Assembly: GCA_008932965.1 (NCBI GenBank)
Contig: WBXG01000012.1
Location: 3,611 to 35,610, forward strand
DNA length: 32,000 nucleotides
DNA from: Verrucomicrobiota bacterium
GTDB taxonomy: Bacteria > Verrucomicrobiota > Verrucomicrobiia > Chthoniobacterales > UBA6821
Reading direction: 5' to 3'
Each line of letters opens with the position of its first letter. Position 1 is the first letter of the stretch. Shown here one piece after another: positions 17,973-27,618 of the stretch. The position numbers were made by a program, and so were the translations under genes. The notes beneath the pieces are model-generated. The model was not told the origin of the DNA and made no database searches. It saw nothing but the letters and a program-made list of their open reading frames with translations.

Positions 17973-18046
17973 TTGAAAAGAGCTATCCGGTTATCCCCTT
18001 TCAAGCAACCTAAATTCAATTTTGAGAATTATTTTCTCTCAAAAAC

Positions 18047-18820
18047 CTACCTTACAATCCCTCGTTTGCTATGGGAGATAAAGTCGATTAAGGCTAGCAC
18101 TAAAAGGGATTGTTGGTATTTTTCGTGAAGAACCTCGAGAGCTTGAGCAGTATTGAGTGATCCACGATAGATGATTTTATAGGCCTCACGTAGATCACGA
18201 ATCTCTGAAGAGCTCATTCCATGGCGTTCTAAGCCGATTTGATTAATACCGCGCACCTCTGCTGGGTTTCCATCAGCAATCATGAAGCTTGGAACATCCT
18301 GAACAATTTTGGTGCATCCTCCAATGATGGCATGTTGACCAACACGACAAAATTGATGGACTGCACTCAGACCTCCAAGCACAACATTATCCTCGACACT
18401 CACATGCCCAGCAAGTGTTCCATTGTTAGAAAAAATCACATGATTTCCAACCACACAGTCATGAGCAATGTGGGCATATGCTAAAAAATTCCCATGGCTT
18501 CCAATAACTGTCTTTCCATGAGGAGCGGTAGCACGATTCACAGTGACACATTCTCGGAAGCAATTGTGATGACCAATTTCTAAAAAGGTCGGCTCCTCGG
18601 CGTATTTAAGATCTTGAGTCTGCTGTCCAATCGAAGAGAAAGGATAAAATTCATTGTGAGCACCGATTGTTGTCGATCCTGCAATGGTAACATGATTATG
18701 GAGTGTGCAATGTTCTCCTATAACCACCCCAGATCCGATCACACAGTAAGGCCCAACACGAGTTCCAGAGCCGATCTTGGCACTTGAATCAATAATAGCT
18801 GTGGAATGAATGGAGGACAT
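18047..18820 (-). CDS. lpxA: UDP-N-acetylglucosamine O-acyltransferase
   Basis: Left-handed beta-helix hexapeptide repeats throughout, a C-terminal helical domain, and a position directly downstream of lpxC/fabZ. Confidence 0.9.
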   Translation of the reverse strand: MSSIHSTAIIDSSAKIGSGTRVGPYCVIGSGVVIGEHCTLHNHVTIAGSTTIGAHNEFYPFSSIGQQTQDLKYAEEPTFLEIGHHNCFRECVTVNRATAPHGKTVIGSHGNFLAYAHIAHDCVVGNHVIFSNNGTLAGHVSVEDNVVLGGLSAVHQFCRVGQHAIIGGCTKIVQDVPSFMIADGNPAEVRGINQIGLERHGMSSSEIRDLREAYKIIYRGSLNTAQALEVLHEKYQQSLLVLALIDFISHSKRGIVR

Positions 18821-18823
18821 AAT

Positions 18824-20128
18824 TTATCGATTGACCAATCCAAAGAGGAGCTTGGCCTCAGAGACGATAGTCCCATTAACAATGCACTGACAGGTTGCCG
18901 AGCCCATATTTTTTCGAGCACGCGTGAGCTCTGCATGAATGAAAAGAGTATCTCCAGGCACTACCGGTTTTCTAAACTTCACTTCATCAGCACTCATGAA
19001 GTAACCAATCTTTCCAGCATTTTCAGTCTTTCGCATCATGATAATACTCGCAACTTGTGCCATCGCCTCTACTTGAAGAACCCCTGGCATGACAGGATGT
19101 CCTGGAAAATGTCCTTGGAAATAAGGTTCATTGATCGTCACATTTTTAACACCGATTGCTTTCATCAATCCATCAAACTCCACAATACGATCTACCATTA
19201 AAAAGGGATAACGGTGTGGAAGGACCTTCATCACTTCATCAATATCTAATACCGGTAACGATGACGTCATAGGATGAGGTGCCATCGCCAAAAGTTCTGA
19301 ATGACTCTTAGTAATAAGCCGGGCTAGTTCGGTATTGGGTCCATGCCCTGGTCGTATCGCAACAACATGCCCTTGTAAAGGACGTCCTACGAGTGCCAGA
19401 TCACCAATGATATCGAGAATTTTGTGCCTGACAAATTCGTCTGCAAAACGAAGAGGTTCCTTGCTTAAGACTGAATCGCCTCGTACGACCAAGGCATTCT
19501 CGATACTTCCCCCCTTGATGAGGCCTTTATCCATGAGCTCTTTGACCTCTTCATAAAAAACAAAGGTCCTAGCTGGAGCAATCTCCTTTTCATAAATTTC
19601 AGGGGTAATCTCAAGCGACAAATATTGTGTAAAGCGTCCTTGAGGTCCAACCTGAGTGCAGGAAATTCGAAATCCAGAGCCAGGAAAAAGAGTCATGATC
19701 GATCCGGTCTTAGACTCTAGATGAATAGGCTCGTTGACATCAAAAAGAGTTCGTTCCTCCTTCTGTTCTACGATGCCAGCACGTTTAATAAGATCAACAT
19801 AGGGTAACGCACTTCCATCCCCAATAGGTGGCTCATTTGCATTCATTTCAATGAGAACATTGTCAACCCTCATCCCTGCAAGAGCTGATAGCACATGCTC
19901 CACCGTATGAATTTTTGCATTTCCTTCGACTAAGGTAGTAGCTCGCTCTACGGTTTTGACATGCTCGGCCTTAGCCTCGATCATGGGTTCATCAGGTAAA
20001 TCGATACGCCTGAATTTATAACCATGACCAGTAGGAGCTGGATGCAGGGTTAAGGTAACATGACCTCCTGTATGCAAAGTACCACCGGTAAGACAAACTG
20101 ATTGGGCGAGTGTGCGCTGTTTTTCCAT
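18824..20128 (-). CDS. lpxC/fabZ: Bifunctional LpxC deacetylase / FabZ dehydratase fusion
   Basis: The N-terminal ~280 aa are LpxC-like (TLxxxVxLTGxxLHTGxxVxLTLHPAxxGxGxxFRRxDL, HKILDxxGDL). The C-terminal ~150 aa are FabZ-like (LPHRYPFLMVDRI, FQGHFPGHPVMPGVL). One uninterrupted frame. Confidence 0.9.
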   Translation of the reverse strand: MEKQRTLAQSVCLTGGTLHTGGHVTLTLHPAPTGHGYKFRRIDLPDEPMIEAKAEHVKTVERATTLVEGNAKIHTVEHVLSALAGMRVDNVLIEMNANEPPIGDGSALPYVDLIKRAGIVEQKEERTLFDVNEPIHLESKTGSIMTLFPGSGFRISCTQVGPQGRFTQYLSLEITPEIYEKEIAPARTFVFYEEVKELMDKGLIKGGSIENALVVRGDSVLSKEPLRFADEFVRHKILDIIGDLALVGRPLQGHVVAIRPGHGPNTELARLITKSHSELLAMAPHPMTSSLPVLDIDEVMKVLPHRYPFLMVDRIVEFDGLMKAIGVKNVTINEPYFQGHFPGHPVMPGVLQVEAMAQVASIIMMRKTENAGKIGYFMSADEVKFRKPVVPGDTLFIHAELTRARKNMGSATCQCIVNGTIVSEAKLLFGLVNR

Positions 20129-20168
20129 AGTAATTAAAAAAAGATCCGGTGATTCTCTTCCAATTCCA

Positions 20169-20975
20169 ATGACTAATCAAGCAGACTTCCAGATTATTGC
20201 AGAAACCAAGGACCTTCTTATCATTAGCAAGCCCCCTTTTCTTCTCGTCCATCCCACCAAACCAGGAGGTCCTATCACCCTCTGGGATCGACTCAAGGAA
20301 CTTCTGGCTTATGAAACAACCACAGGTGGACAAGTCTCACTCATCAATCGACTCGACCGGGAAACAAGCGGCCTCATGCTAGTAGCTAAAAATTATCAAG
20401 CAGCCCGCTCTTGTTCTATGGCCATGGAGCAGGGAAAAATTAAAAAAGAATATTTAGCCCTTGTGATCGGATTTCTAGAACAAGAAGAGCAAACCATCGA
20501 TACTCCGATTCTACGCCTTAGTGAGGTGGCTCCCTCCAAAGTTTGGCTTCAACGTGCCACCCATCCTCTTGGAATTCCTGCAATAACTCGTCTGCGTGTT
20601 GAAAAGAAATTCATTCATCCCAAGTATGGCCCATTGACACTACTCCGCTGCTTTCCTATCACAGGACGCACTCATCAGATTCGTGTGCACCTTGCTTCTA
20701 TCGGACATTCGGTCCTCGGTGACAAAATCTATGGCCCTTCCGAAGAATGCTACCTCGAATTTATTAAGACGGGTTGGACCGCAGCATTAGCACAAAAACT
20801 GTGGCTTCCACGTCATGCACTCCATTCAACAGCACTCGAGATTTTTTATGATGGAGTTGAGTATCGCTGGGAAGACTCCTTACCAGCTGACCTAGCCCGG
20901 ATATGCGGGCTAGACGATCAATCAAAGAGCGTTGGCCCCTCCTCCACTACCTGCTTTCTAGAGGCTCTTCTCTGA
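20169..20975 (+). CDS. RluA-family pseudouridine synthase (no S4 domain)
   Basis: Catalytic motif INRLDRETSGLMLVAK and later GRTHQIRVHLA. I prefer the ATG at 20169 (the track start at 20112 is a GTG). The 3' end overlaps the mutS 3' end by 58 nt. Confidence 0.8.
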   Translation: MTNQADFQIIAETKDLLIISKPPFLLVHPTKPGGPITLWDRLKELLAYETTTGGQVSLINRLDRETSGLMLVAKNYQAARSCSMAMEQGKIKKEYLALVIGFLEQEEQTIDTPILRLSEVAPSKVWLQRATHPLGIPAITRLRVEKKFIHPKYGPLTLLRCFPITGRTHQIRVHLASIGHSVLGDKIYGPSEECYLEFIKTGWTAALAQKLWLPRHALHSTALEIFYDGVEYRWEDSLPADLARICGLDDQSKSVGPSSTTCFLEALL

Positions 20976-23446
20976 GGCATCCAATGGGAGGCTAACTGAG
21001 GACGGCCTTCGGCATTGAGTTCTGCTTTCTCAAGATTAACAAGAATTTCTTGAGCTCGTTCGATGACCCAATGTGGTAAACCTGCAAGGCGAGCAACCGC
21101 AATACCATAACTTCGGTCAGCAGCCCCAGGAACAATCTTATGTAAAAAAACAATCTCTTCATTTCTTTCACGCACAGCAACATTGAGATTTTTAATTCCT
21201 GGGCGCGTTCGAGCAAGATCGGGAAGCTCGTGATAATGAGTGGCAAACATCGTACGAGCCTTGAGAAAATCATAGAGATACTCCGCAACACTCCAGGCCA
21301 GAGAGAGACCATCAAAGGTTGCTGTGCCACGTCCAATCTCATCGAGCAAGACAAGGCTTTTCCTTGTTGCATGGTGAAGAATTTTAGATGTTTCATTCAT
21401 CTCCACCATAAAAGTCGATTGACCACGTGCAAGATCATCGCTAGCCCCCACACGAGTAAACAGTCGATCCACAATACCTAGATGCATTTTTTTAGCAGGC
21501 ACATAGCTTCCCATTTGTGCCATGATGGTGAGAAGCGCGCACTGTTTTAAATAGGTCGATTTACCAGCCATATTTGGTCCCGTAATAATGGCCATACGAT
21601 CTTCCTCTCCATCAAGAAGTGCATCGTTAGGAACAAACGTTTTTTCTCGCAGCTGCTGATCTATCACAGGATGACGCCCCTCAATAATCGAAAAAATGGT
21701 AGAAGTATCGATCTGAGGGCGCGTATATCCATAAAGTCGGGCGGTCTCTGCGAGAGAAGAAAATACATCGAGTGCCCCCGCAGCTGATGCTGTCTCTTGA
21801 ATCTTAGAGACGGCATCAAGCAGAGCAGCCCTGAGCTCCTGAAAAAGAGCCAATTCCAAAGCCTTCGATCGTTCTTGAGCGCCAAGAATTTTCCCTTCCA
21901 TCTCTTTGAGTTCCGGGGTGACAAAGCGCTCTCCATTAGCCGTTGTCTGTTTACGAATATAATCTGTAGGGACATGGGCTAAATTGGAACTCGTAACCTC
22001 AATAAAATAACCAAAAATGGCATTAAAACGAACTTTCAGAGACTTAATCCCAGTACGTTGAATCTCCTGCTCTTGAAGCGATGCAATCCACTTTTTTCCA
22101 TCACTTGCACCTAAGCGAAGCTCGTCTAAGTCCCGATCAAATCCCTCACGAATCATCCCTCCTTCTTTAATAGTAGCTGGAGGCTCCTCAACAAGAGCAG
22201 AAACTAGTTTGTCATGAAGGGGAGCTAACGTATGAAGTTGATCAATGAGCTTTTGTAGTAGAGGTGCCTCCGATGTGACAGCAGCTACGAGTGAGGCTCC
22301 TATTTTTTTCAAATGTGGAATGCGCCCTAATGAAGAACTTAATGAAACTAAATCACGTGCGTTGGCACTATTTTGACTCAAGCGAGAAAGAGAACGCTCC
22401 ATATCACGAATCCCAGAGAGTTCTTCCCGAAGATCCCCAAGCAACAATGGGTGATCTAACAAGAGAGCCAACACATCAAGTCGAGCAGTAATAGCAGCAG
22501 GCTCAGAGAGAGGACGCACCATCCACTCACGTAGCATTCGACTCCCCATCGGTGTCTTTGTCCGATCCAAGGCCCCTAGAAGGGTCATCCCGCGACCTGC
22601 GCGTGAATTCACGAGCTCTAAGTGAGACTGTGTTGTTGCATCAATGAGAAGATGATTGTGATGATGATACGGACGTAACGTCCGTAGATGGGAGACATCA
22701 CGACGTAGTTTTCGAGTAAGGTAGTGAAGCAGTCCCCCTGCCGCTATTATACCCATGGGGACTTCATCAGCTCCGAAGCCATCAAGGGACTGAACTTTAA
22801 AATGGGAAGAGAGAAGCTCGTGTGCACTCGTAGGATCAAAAAGATAATCCTCCAATAATTCGAGCGAGGAGAGATCTTTTTTTATGAGAGGAAGAGCCTC
22901 CTCTATTTTTCTCGGAGCCACTACTTCTGCAGGAGAGACCCGAACTATCTCGTCTAAGAGTGCTTCATAATTCGAGAGTTCCGTAACAAAAAACTCTCCA
23001 GTACTCAAATCGATAAAGGCCAGCCCAAAAGAGAATATGGCTTCCTCATTCTTTTTTTTGGAATGAACATGAATAGCTGCCGTAAAATTATTCGTAGAGG
23101 ACTCTAATCCTACATCCTCCAAGGTTCCTGGACTTAAGATTCGAGTGATTTGACGTTGTACGAGCTTTCCTGTTTGAACCTCTCCTACCTGCTCACAAAG
23201 TGCTACCCGCTTCCCTGCAGCGAGTAATTTTTCTAAATAAACCCGTGCTGAATGATAGGGAACACCGCACATCGGAGTCTCCCCTCGCTTGGTGAGAGCC
23301 ACATTAAGAATGGGAGCAGCCTGTACTGCATCTTCTAGGAAAAGTTCATAAAAATCTCCAAGACGAAAAAGTAAAAATGTATCTGGAGGAAGATCACGTC
23401 GCAGTAAATGATACTGCTTCATCATTGGGGTTACAGTCTCAGACAT
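20918..23446 (-). CDS. mutS: DNA mismatch repair protein MutS
   Basis: N-terminal TPMMKQY...GDFYELF mismatch-binding motif, Walker A GPNMAGKST, DEIGRGTATFDG, and a C-terminal TLF(D) clamp-binding-like tail. Confidence 0.95.
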   Translation of the reverse strand: MSETVTPMMKQYHLLRRDLPPDTFLLFRLGDFYELFLEDAVQAAPILNVALTKRGETPMCGVPYHSARVYLEKLLAAGKRVALCEQVGEVQTGKLVQRQITRILSPGTLEDVGLESSTNNFTAAIHVHSKKKNEEAIFSFGLAFIDLSTGEFFVTELSNYEALLDEIVRVSPAEVVAPRKIEEALPLIKKDLSSLELLEDYLFDPTSAHELLSSHFKVQSLDGFGADEVPMGIIAAGGLLHYLTRKLRRDVSHLRTLRPYHHHNHLLIDATTQSHLELVNSRAGRGMTLLGALDRTKTPMGSRMLREWMVRPLSEPAAITARLDVLALLLDHPLLLGDLREELSGIRDMERSLSRLSQNSANARDLVSLSSSLGRIPHLKKIGASLVAAVTSEAPLLQKLIDQLHTLAPLHDKLVSALVEEPPATIKEGGMIREGFDRDLDELRLGASDGKKWIASLQEQEIQRTGIKSLKVRFNAIFGYFIEVTSSNLAHVPTDYIRKQTTANGERFVTPELKEMEGKILGAQERSKALELALFQELRAALLDAVSKIQETASAAGALDVFSSLAETARLYGYTRPQIDTSTIFSIIEGRHPVIDQQLREKTFVPNDALLDGEEDRMAIITGPNMAGKSTYLKQCALLTIMAQMGSYVPAKKMHLGIVDRLFTRVGASDDLARGQSTFMVEMNETSKILHHATRKSLVLLDEIGRGTATFDGLSLAWSVAEYLYDFLKARTMFATHYHELPDLARTRPGIKNLNVAVRERNEEIVFLHKIVPGAADRSYGIAVARLAGLPHWVIERAQEILVNLEKAELNAEGRPQLASHWMPQRRASRKQVVEEGPTLFD

Positions 23447-23649
23447 AGGAATAAACTGAAGGTTAAGAAAACTTACAAAATTGAATAGAATCGAAGAGAT
23501 AAAACAATGGGAAGATAAAGCATCCTAAAAATTCTAAAAAGAAATCACAGTTGACCGGCCCATTGCCATTTTTAGGTTGAACCCAGATCGATCCTACTCA
23601 TCGTAAAGAGAAGGCTGCGTAGAAAAAAAGACTTTGTTTGAGCGAATTT

Positions 23650-24447
23650 TTATTTTTCTAAGAAGGCTGTCAACGGACTCGTTGGCAACGCATGGTCTGC
23701 TCTTGAGGGAAGTCCTGCTGCAACAGCTTCAAGGGCACTTTCCACTGCTAGGCAAAAAGCTCTTGCCATACGGATCGGATCTGCTGCTGCTGCAATAGCT
23801 GTGTTAACCAAAACAGCATCGACTCCAAGTTCGAAAGCCTCAGCAACATGGCTCGGAGCCCCTAAACCAGCATCGACAATAACTGGAACGATGGCCTGTG
23901 CCACAATGATTTCAATCATAGCACGAGTTTCCAGGCCTCGATTGGATCCAATAGGTGAACCAAGCGGCATAACGGCAGCAACTCCTACATCTTGTAATCG
24001 TTTGGCTAGAACAGGATCAGCATTGATATAGGGAAGAACAGTGAACCCCTCTTTCACCAAAATCTCGGTAGCACGCAAGGTCTCAATAGGATCGGGAAGT
24101 AAGTAGCGTGGATCGGGATGAATTTCCAACTTAACCCACGAAGGCAATCCAGCTGCAAGAGCTAATCGAGCGAGACGGATCGCTTCCTCTGCAGTGTTGG
24201 CACCACTTGTATTAGGGAGAATTAAATATTTTTCTTTATCTAAAAATTCGAGAATATTGGCAAACGGATCTTTTTTTCCGCTCAGATCAGCACGACGTAA
24301 TGCCACAGTCACTATTTGAGCACCGCTGGCATCCAAAGCATCACGCATCACGTGAGAAGATGAAAATTTTCCCGTTCCTAAAAGAAGCCTTGAAGAAAAA
24401 GAACGACCAGCAATGATCACAGGAGCTCGAGGTTGTAGTAAGGACAT
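23650..24447 (-). CDS. thiG: Thiazole synthase ThiG
   Basis: [22 protein letters not shown] and PIGSNRG motifs. TIM-barrel length of about 265 aa. Confidence 0.9.
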   Translation of the reverse strand: MSLLQPRAPVIIAGRSFSSRLLLGTGKFSSSHVMRDALDASGAQIVTVALRRADLSGKKDPFANILEFLDKEKYLILPNTSGANTAEEAIRLARLALAAGLPSWVKLEIHPDPRYLLPDPIETLRATEILVKEGFTVLPYINADPVLAKRLQDVGVAAVMPLGSPIGSNRGLETRAMIEIIVAQAIVPVIVDAGLGAPSHVAEAFELGVDAVLVNTAIAAAADPIRMARAFCLAVESALEAVAAGLPSRADHALPTSPLTAFLEK

Positions 24448-24593
24448 GGTGATTTATGCTAACTTAGAACAAAAATAGATTCCATTAAGAAAAAATATTA
24501 TCTCCATTCGATTCCTCATAAAGATACTATCTTTTAAAAAAATGGCCTATTCGTACTCACTCAATCTCTATTCATAGTATTTAAGATATTACG

Positions 24594-25412
24594 ATGGATC
24601 TTTTTATTCCCACCAGTATCTCCTTTACTCAGGCCTGTTCAGAGCTCACCCATCTTGGAATTGGGGCCCATCAAGATGACCTCGAAATCATGGCCCTGCA
24701 TGGAATTTTGGAGTGTTATAAAAATCCCATACAACATTTTGGAGGAATTATCTGCACCCATGGCAGTGGTAGCCCGCGTTCAGGAACTTATGCTTCCTAC
24801 AGTGATCAAGAGATGGCCCATACCCGCAAAAAAGAACAACATCATGCTGCACGCTTAGGTGGTTATCACTTTGTAACCCAACTTGATTTTTCTTCCTCAC
24901 TCCTACAAGACCCCTGTAGCCACGATCTCGTTGATGCCCTTTACGAAATACTCAAGCAACTCCACCCTCAGGTGATTTATACCCACCATCCTCTTGATAA
25001 ACACCCTACCCATCGTGCTGTCTGCCGCGGGGTGATTGAGGCTCTCAGACGTTTACCAGCAACACAGCATCCAAAAAAGTTATTAGGAGGTGAGGTCTGG
25101 CGCAGTCTTGATTGGCTCAATGATGACGATAAAATCTCACTTGATGTCAGTGCTCATCCTCAGCTTACAGAAAAATTGATTTCTCTTTTTGATTCTCAGA
25201 TTGCTGGAGGGAAACATTATGACCTCGGTACGCTTGGGAGATATAGAGCTAATGCCACCTTTACTGATCCTCATCGGGTCGATCTTGCAACTCATATTGC
25301 CTATGCTCTTGATCTGAGACCCCTTTTAGAAAACCCACAACTCTCCCTCCAGGAATTTGCACTCGGTTTTGTCCGTCATTTCCATGAGCAAATTAAAAAA
25401 GAACTCTGCTAA
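24594..25412 (+). CDS. PIG-L/LmbE family deacetylase
   Basis: GAHQDDLEI, which is the AHPDDE-type metal motif, near the N-terminus, and a later HxxH-type HPLDKHPTH. About 270 aa. Confidence 0.7.
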   Translation: MDLFIPTSISFTQACSELTHLGIGAHQDDLEIMALHGILECYKNPIQHFGGIICTHGSGSPRSGTYASYSDQEMAHTRKKEQHHAARLGGYHFVTQLDFSSSLLQDPCSHDLVDALYEILKQLHPQVIYTHHPLDKHPTHRAVCRGVIEALRRLPATQHPKKLLGGEVWRSLDWLNDDDKISLDVSAHPQLTEKLISLFDSQIAGGKHYDLGTLGRYRANATFTDPHRVDLATHIAYALDLRPLLENPQLSLQEFALGFVRHFHEQIKKELC

Positions 25413-25426
25413 TCCGGATATTTCAT
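25413..25426 (+). repeat. Isolated MITE-end-like sequence (TCCGGATATTTCAT) filling the PIG-L/rmuC spacer
   Basis: 13 of 14 nt match the left TIR of copy B (CCCGGATATTTCAT). The last two bases, AT, are the first two bases of the rmuC ATG (25425-25427). Confidence 0.4.
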
Positions 25427-26633
25427 GAATCTCCCCTTCCTCTTACTCCTTACTGCTAGCACTCTTTTATCTGGAATTTTTCTTGGATGGTGGCTTCGTA
25501 CGCGACGAGCAACCCAAGAACTTTTCGAGGCTATTGCTCCTTGGAAAAAACAAGTCGACGATCTTCTAGCATCTGCAGATCGCAAGCAACAGGAGCAGCT
25601 CCAACTTACGGAGATTATGACAGCTCAGTTTCGTAACCTTGCTACAGAAATCTTAGAAAAGAAAACAGAGCAGCTCACTCAAGAAAGCCAAGAGCAATTA
25701 ACTCATGTTCTCTCACCTCTCAAAGAGAATCTCGAAATCTTTCGAAAACGTGTGGAGGAAATCCATGGAGCAAGTCTTCACCATCACGGAAGCCTTCAAC
25801 AGCAATTACAACAACTTGCGGCTCTCAATCACCAACTCTCAACGGATGCTCAAAATTTAGCTTCGGCCCTGCAGGGAAAATCTCAACGACGTGGAGCTTG
25901 GGGAGAGCTCATTTTAGAACGTACCCTCGAGCTCTCAGGCTTAGAACGAGGGCGAGAATTTGAGCTGCAAGTCTCGACTTCCGAGCGTCTTCGTCCCGAT
26001 GCAATTATTTATCTTCCAGAAGATCGAATTATTATCGTCGATTCCAAAGTCTCTCTTGTTGACTATGAACGCGCCTGTAATACGACCACGGAGAGCGATC
26101 GACAGCAAGCACTCGCACGTCACGCTGCAGCAGTTCGCACCCATATCAAATCTCTTTCTGAAAAAGGATACCCTACTCTTTTCGAGGGCAAAACACTTGA
26201 GATGACCTTGATGTTTCTTCCTATTGAACCTGCCTTTGGTGCTGCACTTACTGCCGATTCTCAGCTTTTTGAATTTGCCTTTGCTCATCGCATTATCCTA
26301 GTCACCCCGAGCACTCTCCTTGCAGCACTGCGAACAATCCATCATTTTTGGAAATTTGAAAAACAAACCCGAAACGTTTTAGAAATTGCGCGTTTAGGAG
26401 GTGTACTACATGATCGTTTTGTCGATTTTTTAAGTCATCTTCTCAACATACGAACTCAACTAGCTAAAACACTCAACGCTCAGGATGAAGCTATTGCACG
26501 TCTCTCATCGCAAAAAGGAAACCTCATCACTACCGCACAGCGCCTCCAAACCCTAGGAGCCAAAACAGAGAAAAAAATGCCTCAAGAAATCATCGATCAG
26601 GTAGCATTAGAAAAAGCCATCAAGGAGGAATAA
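25425..26633 (+). CDS. rmuC: DNA recombination protein RmuC
   Basis: N-terminal TM, a long coiled-coil, then a conserved C-terminal region (RGAWGE..LE..LE..GL, PDAIIYLPEDRIIIVDSKVSL, MFLPIEPAF, ILVTPSTLLA). Confidence 0.85.
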   Translation: MNLPFLLLLTASTLLSGIFLGWWLRTRRATQELFEAIAPWKKQVDDLLASADRKQQEQLQLTEIMTAQFRNLATEILEKKTEQLTQESQEQLTHVLSPLKENLEIFRKRVEEIHGASLHHHGSLQQQLQQLAALNHQLSTDAQNLASALQGKSQRRGAWGELILERTLELSGLERGREFELQVSTSERLRPDAIIYLPEDRIIIVDSKVSLVDYERACNTTTESDRQQALARHAAAVRTHIKSLSEKGYPTLFEGKTLEMTLMFLPIEPAFGAALTADSQLFEFAFAHRIILVTPSTLLAALRTIHHFWKFEKQTRNVLEIARLGGVLHDRFVDFLSHLLNIRTQLAKTLNAQDEAIARLSSQKGNLITTAQRLQTLGAKTEKKMPQEIIDQVALEKAIKEE

Positions 26634-26646
26634 AAATCATTTCCTA

Positions 26647-27432
26647 ATGAACAAGTATCTTTTTGTACTCATCGCTCTCTTTTTTTCAAGCCTCCTAGCA
26701 TGTCAAAAAAAATCGAGCTCACAGCCCTTACGTGTTGGCATGGACCTCTCTTTCCCTCCCTTTGAGATGATCGATGCTCAAGGAAATCCTGATGGTATCA
26801 GCGTTCAATTATCACAAGCACTAGGAGACGATCTCCATCGAAAAGTAGAGATAGAAAATATTCCTTTCGTGGGACTCATTCCTTCTCTTCAAACAAAAAA
26901 AATTGACCTGATTATTTCATCCATGACCGATACTCCAGAGCGTCGTCAAAGCATTGCTTTTTCTGATCCTTACTTAACACTCAGTATTGGAATTTTAACA
27001 CATCAACAAAGCCCCATTCATCGTAGTAGTGACCTAAACCATCCAGGAATAAAAATTGCTGTGCGACAAGGAACCATTGGAGAGCAATGGGCAGAAAAAA
27101 ACCTCACACAAGCAACCGTCATCATGTTTGATCAAGAGGCAACTGCTGTACTAGAAGTACTGGAGAATCGCGTTGATGGTTTCATTTATGATGTGGTTAG
27201 TATTTGGAAATTTTATAAAGCACATCCTGATCAAACAGTAGCACTCTTAAATCCACTCGAAGTGAGCTCATCTGCTATTGGAGTACGCCTTGAGGACCAA
27301 GAGCTACTTCAAAAGGTCAACCACTTTTTAAAAACTTTTCGAGAGCAGCAGGGATTTGAAAAGCTCGGAAATCAATACCTCCGTGAACAAAAAGAATATT
27401 TCGCCGAGCAAGGGATTCCGTTTTATCTATGA
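26647..27432 (+). CDS. Family-3 solute-binding lipoprotein (polar amino-acid ABC type), with no cognate permease or ATPase adjacent
   Basis: Lipobox LLAC, then LRVGMDLSFPPFE ... KIDLIISSMTDTPERRQSIAFSDPY, typical of SBP_bac_3. Confidence 0.8.
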   Translation: MNKYLFVLIALFFSSLLACQKKSSSQPLRVGMDLSFPPFEMIDAQGNPDGISVQLSQALGDDLHRKVEIENIPFVGLIPSLQTKKIDLIISSMTDTPERRQSIAFSDPYLTLSIGILTHQQSPIHRSSDLNHPGIKIAVRQGTIGEQWAEKNLTQATVIMFDQEATAVLEVLENRVDGFIYDVVSIWKFYKAHPDQTVALLNPLEVSSSAIGVRLEDQELLQKVNHFLKTFREQQGFEKLGNQYLREQKEYFAEQGIPFYL

Positions 27433-27440
27433 GGAGTTAG

Positions 27441-27618
27441 CCCGGATATTTCATACTGAAGTGTCATGAGGCGCCGTGCAAAGCTTATTAGTACAAGGCG
27501 GGCGAAGGATTGGGATGCCGGGCTGTATGTTTCATACTGCCCAAATCACAATTCGAGACTAACGCAGTAATGATGAGCTTTCCACAAGCCGTAATAGATT
27601 TAGTGTGAAATATGCGGG
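27441..27618 (+). mobile_element. MITE-like repeat, copy B (178 bp)
   Basis: Left end CCCGGATATTTCATACTGA. The reverse complement of the right end is CCCGCATATTTCACACTAA. Flanks are TTAG (27437-27440) and CTAG (27619-27622). The left 72 nt match copy A at 69/72. Confidence 0.85.

Noticed and set aside
24594-26633. PIG-L deacetylase plus RmuC as a novel nuclease-containing system
   Set aside because: RmuC here has the ordinary full-length housekeeping architecture. The adjacency alone, without further accessory genes or signs of horizontal acquisition, is not evidence for a system.
880-27618. MITE copies A and B as a template/variable repeat pair of a diversity-generating retroelement
   Set aside because: Differences between the copies are not restricted to adenine positions, the copies are intergenic rather than at the 3' end of a target gene, and no reverse transcriptase is present.
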